From Nitrospirales bacterium (GTDB lineage Bacteria; Nitrospirota; Nitrospiria; Nitrospirales; UBA8639), in contig CBDCWC010000003.1 in the NCBI GenBank assembly GCA_965223295.1, positions 1,472,001 through 1,536,000 of the forward strand: 64,000 nt of DNA. Direction: 5' to 3'. Shown piece after piece: positions 50,459 to 58,920 of this stretch. The position numbers and the translations under genes are program-made. Each line of letters begins with the position of its first letter. The stretch's first letter is position 1. The notes under the pieces are model-generated. The model saw only the letters and a list, made by a program, of their open reading frames with translations, was not told the origin of the DNA and searched no databases.

Positions 50459-51364
50459 CTAGATGGCCTTGTGGCGACGCCAGGCGTTGAAAAAGGCGTG
50501 CCCCCACATTGTGCTAATGAAAATAATCCCTAAAACCGTGCTGGCATTTCGAAGCCCCCAGGGATGTTGATGGATTCGAATAAAGGTCACTTCGTTTGGA
50601 GCGGAAATTGTGCCGCGTCCCGAAATAGTTGTGGAGTGCTCAAAAAGGGGAACGGCAACTTTGAATTCTTTCTCATCAAATGGTCGTACAACGTCTCCTG
50701 AGGAATGATGAATATATGAAATTCTGTCAAATTCAATTGGTTGTCCAACTCGTGAGTGTCTTTCCTTGAGCGTTTTCACGAAATGATTGTCGGCATTGTA
50801 TGGGCCATCAATCAAGACGATGGGAAGTGCAAAATATAATAGGAACAATGTCAGGGATAAACCGATATTGAAGATGGACCATTGCGGAAAAGAAAAAGGC
50901 CGATATACTGCACTTTCCCAATGCCATATGAGATAAAGGACACCGCATCCTGTCAGAATATATGTGGGGAGACTTTCTGGCCAAAACCATCCCACATTCC
51001 ATAAATTCCATGAAATGGGTGCCAAGAAATGGACTCCGTTGGCTAATTTTGTTTGCAAGGCATCCAGGAGCAAATGTAAGGATGAGTTCACGCTCAGAAT
51101 GAGAAAGACTGCTCTTGGTGCTTGTGAAAGAAATGCCAGGGCTCCGCATAAACATAACGTGACCAATAAAGAGGCTTGCGCAATACAGTACAGACGGATG
51201 GAATAGGGGTCGCTACTCAAGCCAGTTGCGGTGATCACACGTTGAAAGATCCAGGGCATGTCTGGCAGTAGGCAACCCAAGGCAACAAGTTTCGGATCGA
51301 TTCCAGGTTTGACCAGATGGTTCAATACCCCCTGGGCGCCTAAGTGCGCTAACGTGTTTGGCAT
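50459..51364 (-). CDS. membrane-bound metal-dependent hydrolase-like protein
   Basis: MPNTLAH, LLPD, HLLLD motifs; multiple TMs. Confidence 0.75.
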   Translation of the reverse strand: MPNTLAHLGAQGVLNHLVKPGIDPKLVALGCLLPDMPWIFQRVITATGLSSDPYSIRLYCIAQASLLVTLCLCGALAFLSQAPRAVFLILSVNSSLHLLLDALQTKLANGVHFLAPISWNLWNVGWFWPESLPTYILTGCGVLYLIWHWESAVYRPFSFPQWSIFNIGLSLTLFLLYFALPIVLIDGPYNADNHFVKTLKERHSRVGQPIEFDRISYIHHSSGDVVRPFDEKEFKVAVPLFEHSTTISGRGTISAPNEVTFIRIHQHPWGLRNASTVLGIIFISTMWGHAFFNAWRRHKAI

Positions 51365-51587
51365 ATTATTCTCGTGGGCTCATATTTGGCACATTTTTGG
51401 GGTAGGTATGGAAAGGGTTTAGTGACCACTTTTTTCATACGTAGAGACTAACAGATCGCTCTTCGTATACTGAGTGGGAACTCAATTTTTTACATTGGAC
51501 AAGGTAAGCATCTCTAGGTATGAATCCCATCATCTTAAATGCCCAACTTTGTTCCATTATAGGTCGCAAGAAAGGAGAATTCATCAG

Positions 51588-52859
51588 ATGCTTCTCTCTT
51601 TGAAAAATGTACTTACCTGGTTACGTCCCTGTTCTCGGATCCTTGTTTTAGTGGGGAGTAGCCTGTGTGTAGGCTGTAACATGGTAGGAGGGGCGTTTGA
51701 GCATGAACCCAAGGATTTGCAAAAGAATGTGAGCATTGAGGCTCGGGAACTCATGAGGCAGGCTTTTGATGGGATTGAATCATCAGCCCGTCGGGATTAT
51801 CACACTCACATCTTGGGGATGAATACTGAACTGAATGGTACGTTTGTGAATGAAGGCTGGCAATCGCCCTGGAGTGGGTTGATTCATTACATTCAATTCG
51901 AGGTGTATAAGAGTTCGGCAGCAATCACTGATGTCGAGCAGGCTGACGCGCAATACCTGGCGCGTCTGAAAGACCTCATCCAACACATGCCTAATCATGG
52001 CAAGTTTGGGATTATGGCCTTTGATTATTTTCATGACGAACAAGGGAAACGCGATCCTTTATTGACGACATTTCATGTGCCGAATGACTATGTCATGAAA
52101 ATTGTCGCAGAGAATCCCGACCTCTTTTTCCCAATCATTTCTATCCATCCCTATCGAAAAGATGCGGTCAGGGTTCTGCGGGACTATGCGGAACAAGGCG
52201 TGCGGTTTGTGAAGTGGCTGCCCAATGCAATGGGGATTCATCCCGATTCAGAAACTATGAGAGAAAAGCTAGAAGCCTATTATGAAATTATGCATGAATA
52301 TGACATGGTGTTGATCTCCCATACTGGTGATGAAAAGGCCACCGAAGCCGAAGAATTTCAAAATTTGGGAAATCCGCTATTCTTGCGGAAACCCTTGGAC
52401 ATGGGAGTGAAAGTGGTGATGGCTCACGTCGCTAGTCTAGGTGACTGTAAAGAAGAAGATGCCAAAATCTGTACACCAGGGACTCCGTATATTGATCTGG
52501 CCATTGAGATGTTGAAAGAGCCGCGGTACCAGCAAGTGTTATTTGCCGACATCTCGGCTTTGACACAAGATAATCGAAAACACAACCTCGATAAAGTGCT
52601 GGCGGCTCCTGCGATCCATTCACAACTCATCAATGGAAGCGATTATCCATTACCGGCTGTCAATATTGTGATTCAAACCCGGAGCCTAGAGTCTTCCGGA
52701 TACATTACGGCCCAAGAACGCGACGCACTCAACGAAATCTATGATTACAATCCCTTACTGTTTGATTTCGTTTTGAAACGTACGCTACGTCACACCCAAA
52801 CCGGTGTACAATTTCCCGCCTCAGTCTTCATTGAACATCCGCTGGTGCCTACGGATTGA
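51588..52859 (+). CDS. amidohydrolase_2 family protein, probable lipoprotein
   Basis: DYHTH, SIHPYR, KWLP, HTG.E, AH, ADISA, NGSDYP; AAGGAG RBS and LCVGC lipobox-like segment. Confidence 0.88.
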   Translation: MLLSLKNVLTWLRPCSRILVLVGSSLCVGCNMVGGAFEHEPKDLQKNVSIEARELMRQAFDGIESSARRDYHTHILGMNTELNGTFVNEGWQSPWSGLIHYIQFEVYKSSAAITDVEQADAQYLARLKDLIQHMPNHGKFGIMAFDYFHDEQGKRDPLLTTFHVPNDYVMKIVAENPDLFFPIISIHPYRKDAVRVLRDYAEQGVRFVKWLPNAMGIHPDSETMREKLEAYYEIMHEYDMVLISHTGDEKATEAEEFQNLGNPLFLRKPLDMGVKVVMAHVASLGDCKEEDAKICTPGTPYIDLAIEMLKEPRYQQVLFADISALTQDNRKHNLDKVLAAPAIHSQLINGSDYPLPAVNIVIQTRSLESSGYITAQERDALNEIYDYNPLLFDFVLKRTLRHTQTGVQFPASVFIEHPLVPTD

Positions 52860-52968
52860 AATCAGTTCTCTTCCCAAAAATTACTTTTGCTAAGCCTCAT
52901 GTGTCTCATTCTCCCATTGTAGGTGTATGAACAAAGTTCATCTGTCTTGTCGTGAGGGTTGGGCTCTA

Positions 52969-53042
52969 GTCATTCCCGTGAAAACGGGAATCCAGGATCC
53001 AGGCAGGGCTTCTGGATGCCCGCCTACAACTGCGGGCATGAC
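52969..53042. repeat. palindromic GTCATTCCCG-type REP element
   Basis: GTCATTCCCGTGAAAACGGGAATCCAG...CTGGATGCCCGCC...GCGGGCATGAC between convergent genes. Confidence 0.75.
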
Positions 53043-53108
53043 GCACCGAGGCCTCACCCCCGAACACAGGTCTCAATGAGAGATAGCTTTTTTTAACGGC
53101 CTCAAAAA

Positions 53109-53963
53109 TCAGGAATGATGCCAGAGGGACAGGACGGCAGGTTGGGATCGGGGACGGAGCGGTTTGTCGTGTATGTCGTGACCCCGGCAAACGAGGCCGG
53201 TGGATTCCGCGATGCTATGCGCAATCTTGGCTTCAGCAGGGCTGTGATTGATCATGACAAACGTGCCACCTATGACGAGGTTCTTGGCTATTTGTGCAAA
53301 CAGGGCCGATGGATCGAATAAACTAAGCGGAAGACGCCAGGCCAGGAGGGGCTTTGGTGTGACGAATGGGTACCAGGCTGTGATGATGTCTGCCGCCTTG
53401 TCATAGTGGCGGTAATCCTCAACCACATACCTCGTTTGCGGAACATCTTGAATGTGCCCCTGGGCATAGTCAAAGCGGCTGCGTCCATTACAATACACAC
53501 GATAGCCATCGACTTCCGTTCCGACTAATCCTGATGGCTGAAAAAAAGCGTGTAAGGCGGCAGCATACGCAAAATTGGAACTTCCCACATCGCAGACCTG
53601 CTGGTGTTGATAGATCGTCCAATTCAATGTGTTCCGCGCATGATGCAAGACATCAAGATATCCATAATTGAGCAGGCTGGTCTCCGGAGAATATCGCGAT
53701 TCAAAGCGCGTGTCGTACACCCGGTTTAATTCCTCGATGCGATCACATTGCCATGAAGAAAGATCACGATGCATCCCATTGGGTATTTCCCGATAGGTGC
53801 CTCGGGACCATCGTAAGGCCTGTGTAGCCTCGTACCATATGCGATGGTACCCTGACCGCAAACGGTCAGTCATAGTGATGGGAAGAGGTGTCATTGCCTG
53901 AGAATAGGCCAGATAAGATTCGTTTGTTTCCTGTATGTCGCCCTGATTGAATTGCGTGTCCAT
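53109..53963 (-). CDS. putative SAM-dependent methyltransferase-like protein
   Basis: VCDVGSSNF.YA, GTEVD, NLVIGG; start uncertain. Confidence 0.65.
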   Translation of the reverse strand: MDTQFNQGDIQETNESYLAYSQAMTPLPITMTDRLRSGYHRIWYEATQALRWSRGTYREIPNGMHRDLSSWQCDRIEELNRVYDTRFESRYSPETSLLNYGYLDVLHHARNTLNWTIYQHQQVCDVGSSNFAYAAALHAFFQPSGLVGTEVDGYRVYCNGRSRFDYAQGHIQDVPQTRYVVEDYRHYDKAADIITAWYPFVTPKPLLAWRLPLSLFDPSALFAQIAKNLVIGGTFVMINHSPAEAKIAHSIAESTGLVCRGHDIHDKPLRPRSQPAVLSLWHHS

Positions 53964-54150
53964 TGCTGGTTTTTCCCCCTGTTTTATATCGGTTTCCCTC
54001 GATCTACTCTTAATGGTCTCGTTGACCTGTTGAGAAAAGCTGAGTAATCGATTGTCAGTGGGTAGGTGTTGATTTGGCGCCAAAGTATCGTCTTTTGGCG
54101 TGGGATTTTATGACAGAGCCAGAAAGGGTGGGTTGAAGGGAAAAGAAGGG

Positions 54151-54726
54151 CTATTCGAGGGGGATTAAGATTTCCAGTCCACCCATGATGTCATTGAGCT
54201 TAAAGTCACGTTTAGGGCTTTGTTCATGGGCATTATGACAGTTGACACAGGCACGGCTCACTGCTCGATCAGGGAAAATAGCCTGAAAATACTTCCGCTT
54301 GTCTAACTCAATTTCTTGTTCTGAGACTTCTCCGTAAGTCATCACTCTCTCCAGCACTTCACGTTCCTTTTCCGATTCCGGGGCATTTTCCTGGTTGATT
54401 GGCCATAAACTGACTAGCCGGTATCGAAACGGTTTACCGCTCACCTGCAACCCCCGAGAGGATTCTTTGAAAAACTGTGCTGGGAGTGGCAACGTGCGAT
54501 CTTCACGCCAATTTTCTGTGGCATTGACGATTAACATGGCTTCCATACGCTCTACCACGTGTTGGGTGTAAAAGGTGCGATCGGCTTGGAGAACGGCATG
54601 GAGATAATCCGCGACGACACGAATGGGAAAGCCTTGGCCTGGTGAGAGTTTCACGCCGATCCCAATCCCAAGGATGATGGACAGGATAATGGAAACAATA
54701 AGGATGAGAATATGTTGGCGAGCCAT
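54151..54726 (-). CDS. DUF3365 (Tll0287-like) membrane-anchored c-type heme protein
   Basis: N-terminal TM; LPLPAQF, SLWPIN..N.P, ACVNCHN, GGL.I.IP. Confidence 0.88.
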   Translation of the reverse strand: MARQHILILIVSIILSIILGIGIGVKLSPGQGFPIRVVADYLHAVLQADRTFYTQHVVERMEAMLIVNATENWREDRTLPLPAQFFKESSRGLQVSGKPFRYRLVSLWPINQENAPESEKEREVLERVMTYGEVSEQEIELDKRKYFQAIFPDRAVSRACVNCHNAHEQSPKRDFKLNDIMGGLEILIPLE

Positions 54727-55032
54727 CGATTGACAGGTTCCCTTCCTGGGTCACTGCGTGGACCTTGTCGATCCAAAACCTTTCCTTCATGACCAGTGAG
54801 ATCAATATAGCAAGAGACGCTTTGGGAGGCCTACTCTTTTTTGATGGAAAAGCGAATGAGACCTTTGGCAACGAACTCTAAAGAAAACGGGTATGTTGTT
54901 ATATTTTTTAGAAAGTGAAGTGGGAAGGGGTGAAAAAGAATTGGCGGAAACAGCCTCTTTCTGGCAGTCCGCTAAAACATCTTGGAAGGCAATGGAGTCA
55001 TGATGAAGATGATGAAATAGATGTTGTCGAAG

Positions 55033-55089
55033 TTAAAATCTCGAAAGAACGGCCCATGTCACGAGTAAAATAAGTGTAAATGCTTCCAT
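55033..55089 (-). CDS. candidate 18-aa hydrophobic small protein MEAFTLILLVTWAVLSRF
   Basis: AGGAGGA RBS a few nt before the ATG; directly downstream of a consensus sigma54 promoter; absent from the ORF track. Confidence 0.5.
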   Translation of the reverse strand: MEAFTLILLVTWAVLSRF

Positions 55090-55144
55090 TGCAACAATCC
55101 TCCTAATTGTGAGGTCATTTGAGATTTACTAATCCTCGACATAA

Positions 55145-55160
55145 TGCAATGAAAGTGCCA
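55145..55160 (-). promoter_or_regulatory. sigma54 -24/-12 promoter
   Basis: TGGCAC-TTTCA-TTGCA on the minus strand. Confidence 0.85.
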
Positions 55161-55252
55161 AAGTCATTAGTTTTTAAATTAGATATTTTTTCAATGTTAT
55201 CGATTATTTATATGTGTAGTATCCTTTTCCCCAAGGTCTTATTCCCATGAGT

Positions 55253-55290
55253 GTGCGAGTAGCAAAATAACATGTGGTGCGAATCCGCTC
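55253..55290. promoter_or_regulatory. tandem upstream activator-like sites
   Basis: GTGCGAGTAGCAAA (55253) and GTGCGAATCCGCTC (55277), 24 bp apart. Confidence 0.65.
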
Positions 55291-55292
55291 AG

Positions 55293-55489
55293 GAGAATGT
55301 TGAATAATGAAGATATCAAAAGCCATATTTCGCCATGAAGCTCTGGGCCATCAACAACCCCGGGTCTGTTCAAAAAAGTCCGCTCGCCTGCGCGAAGCCG
55401 CTACGGCGAAGGCAGGGAACGCTGCTCCGGCCTTCGTAGCCTACTGAGTTATTTCGGCGGAGTAAGCGGTGGCTATTTTCAACTGACTC
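55293..55489 (-). mobile_element. MITE family B, copy 6 (core deleted, two nested inserts)
   Basis: ends GAGAATGTTGAATAA / TTTTCAACTGACTC; 5-bp TSD CTCAG. Confidence 0.85.
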
Positions 55490-55627
55490 CTCAGGGAAAT
55501 GAGCCAATCAGAAAGAGCAATACAGATGAAAGAAAGAGCTGGATGAGGGACAGAACGAAGGAGAAAAGGGCAGACAATGAATTGGTTATATTATTTTGAA
55601 GGCTTCTCTGAATACCTCTGGTATGTG

Positions 55628-56419
55628 CTAAAAAACTAAGGATTTCTTCACGCCGTCACTCACGACATAAGAGGTCTCAACCCAAATCCAGTCTTTGTTG
55701 GCTGGGCCGTGAATTTGTACACCAGTCAAGACTGCATAGTCTGTTGTTTTGATATCCACGGTGAGTTGAATCATCCGCTCCAGATCTTCTTTGATAATGT
55801 GTTGAGTGACTTTGGTCAGTGTGACTAAGTCTGGAGTTTCTGCAAATCCACTTTTCTCAAACAACCGTTGTTGGAGAAGGCTTTGCTCAAGATCATCCTG
55901 ATCTAGCTCCAGGTTCACGTTTCCTTCTGAAATGTTTTCCTGAATCTTCAGTAAAGCGCCACAGGCGTGGGACATGGCGTGACGTCCTAAGCGGTGGCAA
56001 TTCCCTGGGTTGCCATGTTCATCGATGGCGATGTGGGGGAAGGCAAAATACACATACCGTTCCTTGCCATCAATATTGGGAGCGTGATGATGGGCGGCTT
56101 GAAACCCTGTGACGCCCAAATACAACATTCCAGCCAGACTGGAAAAGTCAAACGCCCCATTCCAGGCATTATGGAGTCTGTTCATGAATGCCGTGGTGAT
56201 TTCATCACGGCAGACGCTCACACAGGCAATGGAATTCTTCTGTTCTATCCCGAAGGGATGTAACCGGAATTGCGAGTAGTCCACGAATGCATCACAGGGA
56301 TAGGTACCAGGAAAGTGCCAATCTAAGGCTGTTCTGAAATCCGAAGGGCCAGGAGAAATTTCAGAAGTTGTTTCATATGAAGAAGAACTGGGTGAGAGCA
56401 GAGTCGGCATGAGCGTCAT
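55628..56419 (-). CDS. LCIB/LCIC-type beta-carbonic anhydrase
   Basis: SVCRDE, LAG...GVTG..AA.HHAP, ERYV...FPHI.I, R.GR...S.ACGAL (Cys/His/Cys Zn ligands). Confidence 0.85.
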   Translation of the reverse strand: MTLMPTLLSPSSSSYETTSEISPGPSDFRTALDWHFPGTYPCDAFVDYSQFRLHPFGIEQKNSIACVSVCRDEITTAFMNRLHNAWNGAFDFSSLAGMLYLGVTGFQAAHHHAPNIDGKERYVYFAFPHIAIDEHGNPGNCHRLGRHAMSHACGALLKIQENISEGNVNLELDQDDLEQSLLQQRLFEKSGFAETPDLVTLTKVTQHIIKEDLERMIQLTVDIKTTDYAVLTGVQIHGPANKDWIWVETSYVVSDGVKKSLVF

Positions 56420-56474
56420 TTCCTTAGTCAGAGCGTTTCAAAAGTGAATCATTGCCTCATAGACTTCTGATTAA

Positions 56475-56490
56475 AGCAAGGACAGTGCCA
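56475..56490 (-). promoter_or_regulatory. sigma54 -24/-12 promoter of the LCIB-type CA gene
   Basis: TGGCAC-TGTCC-TTGCT on the minus strand, about 55 bp upstream of the ATG. Confidence 0.85.
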
Positions 56491-56584
56491 GCGATCTTTT
56501 GCGCAGGCATTCAGAAGAATATCCGGGATTCCTTGTGGTTTTTGGTATTTCCTGTTCCGAGAACTGCTGTATGGAAAGTAGAAG

Positions 56585-56622
56585 GTGCGGGTTCGCACTA
56601 GGTGGACTGTGCGTAAAAAGTT
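56585..56622. promoter_or_regulatory. tandem upstream activator-like sites
   Basis: perfect GTGCG-GGTT-CGCAC (56585) and a half-site GTGCG at 56609, 24 bp apart. Confidence 0.7.
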
Positions 56623-56630
56623 TACCTTCG

Positions 56631-56855
56631 GGGTCTGTTGAAAAAAGCCGCCAGCAGCGTTCTCGCCATTGTTCCGTGCTCACGTACTGCCAGTACGCTC
56701 CGCGCGCAACAATGGCTGCGGCCTTGCTGGACCTGGCTTCGCCGAAGCGGCTTCGCACAGGCGAGCGGACTTTTTTGAACAGCCCCAATGCTGCTGATCG
56801 CGAATAGCTTCCTGACGAAATATGGCTCTTGATCTCTTCATTATTCAACACTCAC
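56631..56855 (+). mobile_element. MITE family B, copy 7
   Basis: GGGTCTGTTGAAAAAA / TTATTCAACACTCAC; 5-bp TSD CTTCG. Confidence 0.9.
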
Positions 56856-56924
56856 CTTCGTGATATGGGTTGTGTAGGCGTCGTCAAGAATGATTTGCAG
56901 CTGCGGAACAGATTTTCACAACCG

Positions 56925-58268
56925 TCAGATCTGTTCGGTGAGGGCTTCCGGGGAAATATGGAGATGCCGAGCGGCTAGCTCTTTGTCCTGATTAGATAAT
57001 CGTAAAACTTCTTGAACAACCATGCGCTGGATTTCAGCTAGGGAGTGTTCTCCAAGTTCAAAGTGAATGCGTACGGTATTGGGTGAGAGTTGTTCGCTAT
57101 GGGATGCTGCCGGTTGAGAGGAAAAATCTAGAGCTGTGAGAACGGTGCCTTGAGAACAGAGGACAGCCCTTTTGGTCAATGCCTCCAATTCTCGAATATT
57201 CCCTGGAAATTGAAAATTCAGCAGAAGCGGAGGAACGGAAGGATCAATATCGAGTTTTTCCCGTCCAATTTCTTCGCCATAGGTTTGAAGAATTTTGAGG
57301 GTCAGAGGAATAATATCTTCCTGGCGTTCTCGAAGCGAAGGAATCGCAATGTGATTGTCTCGAAGGCGAGGAATCAATTTCGAATGAAAGACCTGGTCTT
57401 GCTCCGCTGATTGTGTACTGGCAGTCACAATACGCGCTTGAAGCGAGAGACGGTCATGTCCTCCCATTCGACAATAGGACCCGGATTCAATAGCCATGGC
57501 TAAGGATTCTTGGACGTCCAGAGGAATATGATCAAGCCCATCAATAAATAAGGTGCCGGCATGGGCGCGTTCCAAGGCGCCAGGCATAGCTTGATTGGCA
57601 CCGCTAAAGGCACCTCGTTCATAGCCAAAGAGTTGGGCTTCAAGGAGAAGCGCGTTTTGTTCTGTGCTATTAACAAAAATAAACGGGCCGATGTGCTTGG
57701 GACTGTTGTAATGAAGCACTCGTGCTAAAAATTCTTTTCCTGTTCCCACTTCACCTTGAAGAAACATCAGGGCCGTGTCTCCGTCTGCCAGCTTCTTCAG
57801 TTCTTCAACAACCTTCGCCATCGAGGCACTAGTGGCAATGACATGCTCCCACGCGTAGTGCCGTTGGTTTTCTAACGCGCTGTATTCGACCCGGCGTCGT
57901 AGTTCTAAGAAATTAAGAGCTCGGTCTAATGCAGGATCCACCGTTGAAAAATCAACGGATTTGATCACAAAGTCGTAGGCGCCTAGGCGTATCGCTTCGA
58001 CGGCATCTTCAACGCTGCCATATGCCGTTAACATCACGACCAATGGCTTGGAAGACGACTGCCGTACTTTTCCCAAAGTTTCCATCCCATCCATTTCAGG
58101 CATCTTGAGGTCGAGGAACATCAGGTCAGGAATTTCGTAGGTCAAGGCTTCCAGGAGTGCGTTTCCCGAGTTGAAGCTTCTGACGAGATGTCCCTTCCTG
58201 GCCAATCGTCGACTTAATGCGGAACAGACGTTCTGCTCATCATCGGTCACATAAATTGTTGCGCGCAT
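56925..58268 (-). CDS. NtrC-family receiver-AAA+-HTH regulator with degenerate ATPase motifs
   Basis: TDDE, DLKMP, LTAYG; GEVGTGKE, GAFSGA, TLFIDGL, FPGNIREL; C-terminal AARHLHIS. Confidence 0.9.
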   Translation of the reverse strand: MRATIYVTDDEQNVCSALSRRLARKGHLVRSFNSGNALLEALTYEIPDLMFLDLKMPEMDGMETLGKVRQSSSKPLVVMLTAYGSVEDAVEAIRLGAYDFVIKSVDFSTVDPALDRALNFLELRRRVEYSALENQRHYAWEHVIATSASMAKVVEELKKLADGDTALMFLQGEVGTGKEFLARVLHYNSPKHIGPFIFVNSTEQNALLLEAQLFGYERGAFSGANQAMPGALERAHAGTLFIDGLDHIPLDVQESLAMAIESGSYCRMGGHDRLSLQARIVTASTQSAEQDQVFHSKLIPRLRDNHIAIPSLRERQEDIIPLTLKILQTYGEEIGREKLDIDPSVPPLLLNFQFPGNIRELEALTKRAVLCSQGTVLTALDFSSQPAASHSEQLSPNTVRIHFELGEHSLAEIQRMVVQEVLRLSNQDKELAARHLHISPEALTEQI

Positions 58269-58583
58269 AGGGTTCCTTATTTTGAGAGAGCATTACAAAA
58301 CAATCGAGCCTAAAATTTTTCAGTCCAAAAAATAAAGAGGTCCCCAAAAACCGCCCCGTTTTGAGAGGGCATGAGACGAGTCATAGGACGGTTTGAGGAA
58401 ACCACCCCCGTTTTTGTCGGGGAAACAGGAAAAGTCTGTCTAGACAAGACTGCAAAGTCCATACTCAAACGGTTTTGTAGGTTTTAAGAGAGAATATAAA
58501 GAACGTATTCCGTATTTCAGCAATAAACTAGAAATGTTTCCTGTGTTGTCCTGTTCCCCAATTATCATATAACGCAAACGAGT

Positions 58584-58621
58584 GTGCGATGTTGCACGGG
58601 GCTGCCTGTGTGAAATGGCAC
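58584..58621. promoter_or_regulatory. tandem upstream activator-like sites
   Basis: GTGCGATGTTGCAC (58584) and GTGTGAAATGGCAC (58608), 24 bp apart. Confidence 0.7.
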
Positions 58622-58687
58622 CTTTGAGGAAGGGTTAAACACTCCCATTCACGAAAATCTCATATCCATTTCGTAGTGAGGGAAGCT

Positions 58688-58702
58688 TGGTATTGGTTTT
58701 GC
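58688..58702 (+). promoter_or_regulatory. sigma54 -24/-12 promoter of the porin gene
   Basis: TGGTAT-TGGTT-TTGC (GG-N10-GC). Confidence 0.65.
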
Positions 58703-58756
58703 GTTAAGAAAAGCTGAGACGGTTAACTCTGTGAGAAAACCAACTATTCATCTTAT

Positions 58757-58898
58757 GGGCACCTCTACAAACTGATGATTTTTTCTGAGGGCGGCGTTAG
58801 CGGCGCGCGGAAAACCGCAGTGTATGGGCCAATACATGAGGATTTGAGCGCGCTGCTAACGCCGCCATCGGGAAAAAGGACAGTTTTTAGAGGTGCCC
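58757..58898. mobile_element. MITE family A, copy 2
   Basis: TIR GGGCACCTCTACAAACTG / CAGTTTTTAGAGGTGCCC; TTAT on both flanks; strong internal hairpin. Confidence 0.88.
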
Positions 58899-58920
58899 TT
58901 ATGTACTGAAAGAATGTCTG

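Noticed and set aside
8842-56851. Short ORFs sharing SSVLAIVPCSRT...TLRAR or its antisense (8842-9090, 39033-39323, 41479-41796, 42733-42918, 48860-49060, 56471-56851, 56499-56807)
   Set aside because: They are translations of MITE family B copies, not a protein family
56870-56924. Fluoride-riboswitch-like TGACGACGCCTAC on the minus strand
   Set aside because: The 5' GGnGATGG..TCnCC element is absent
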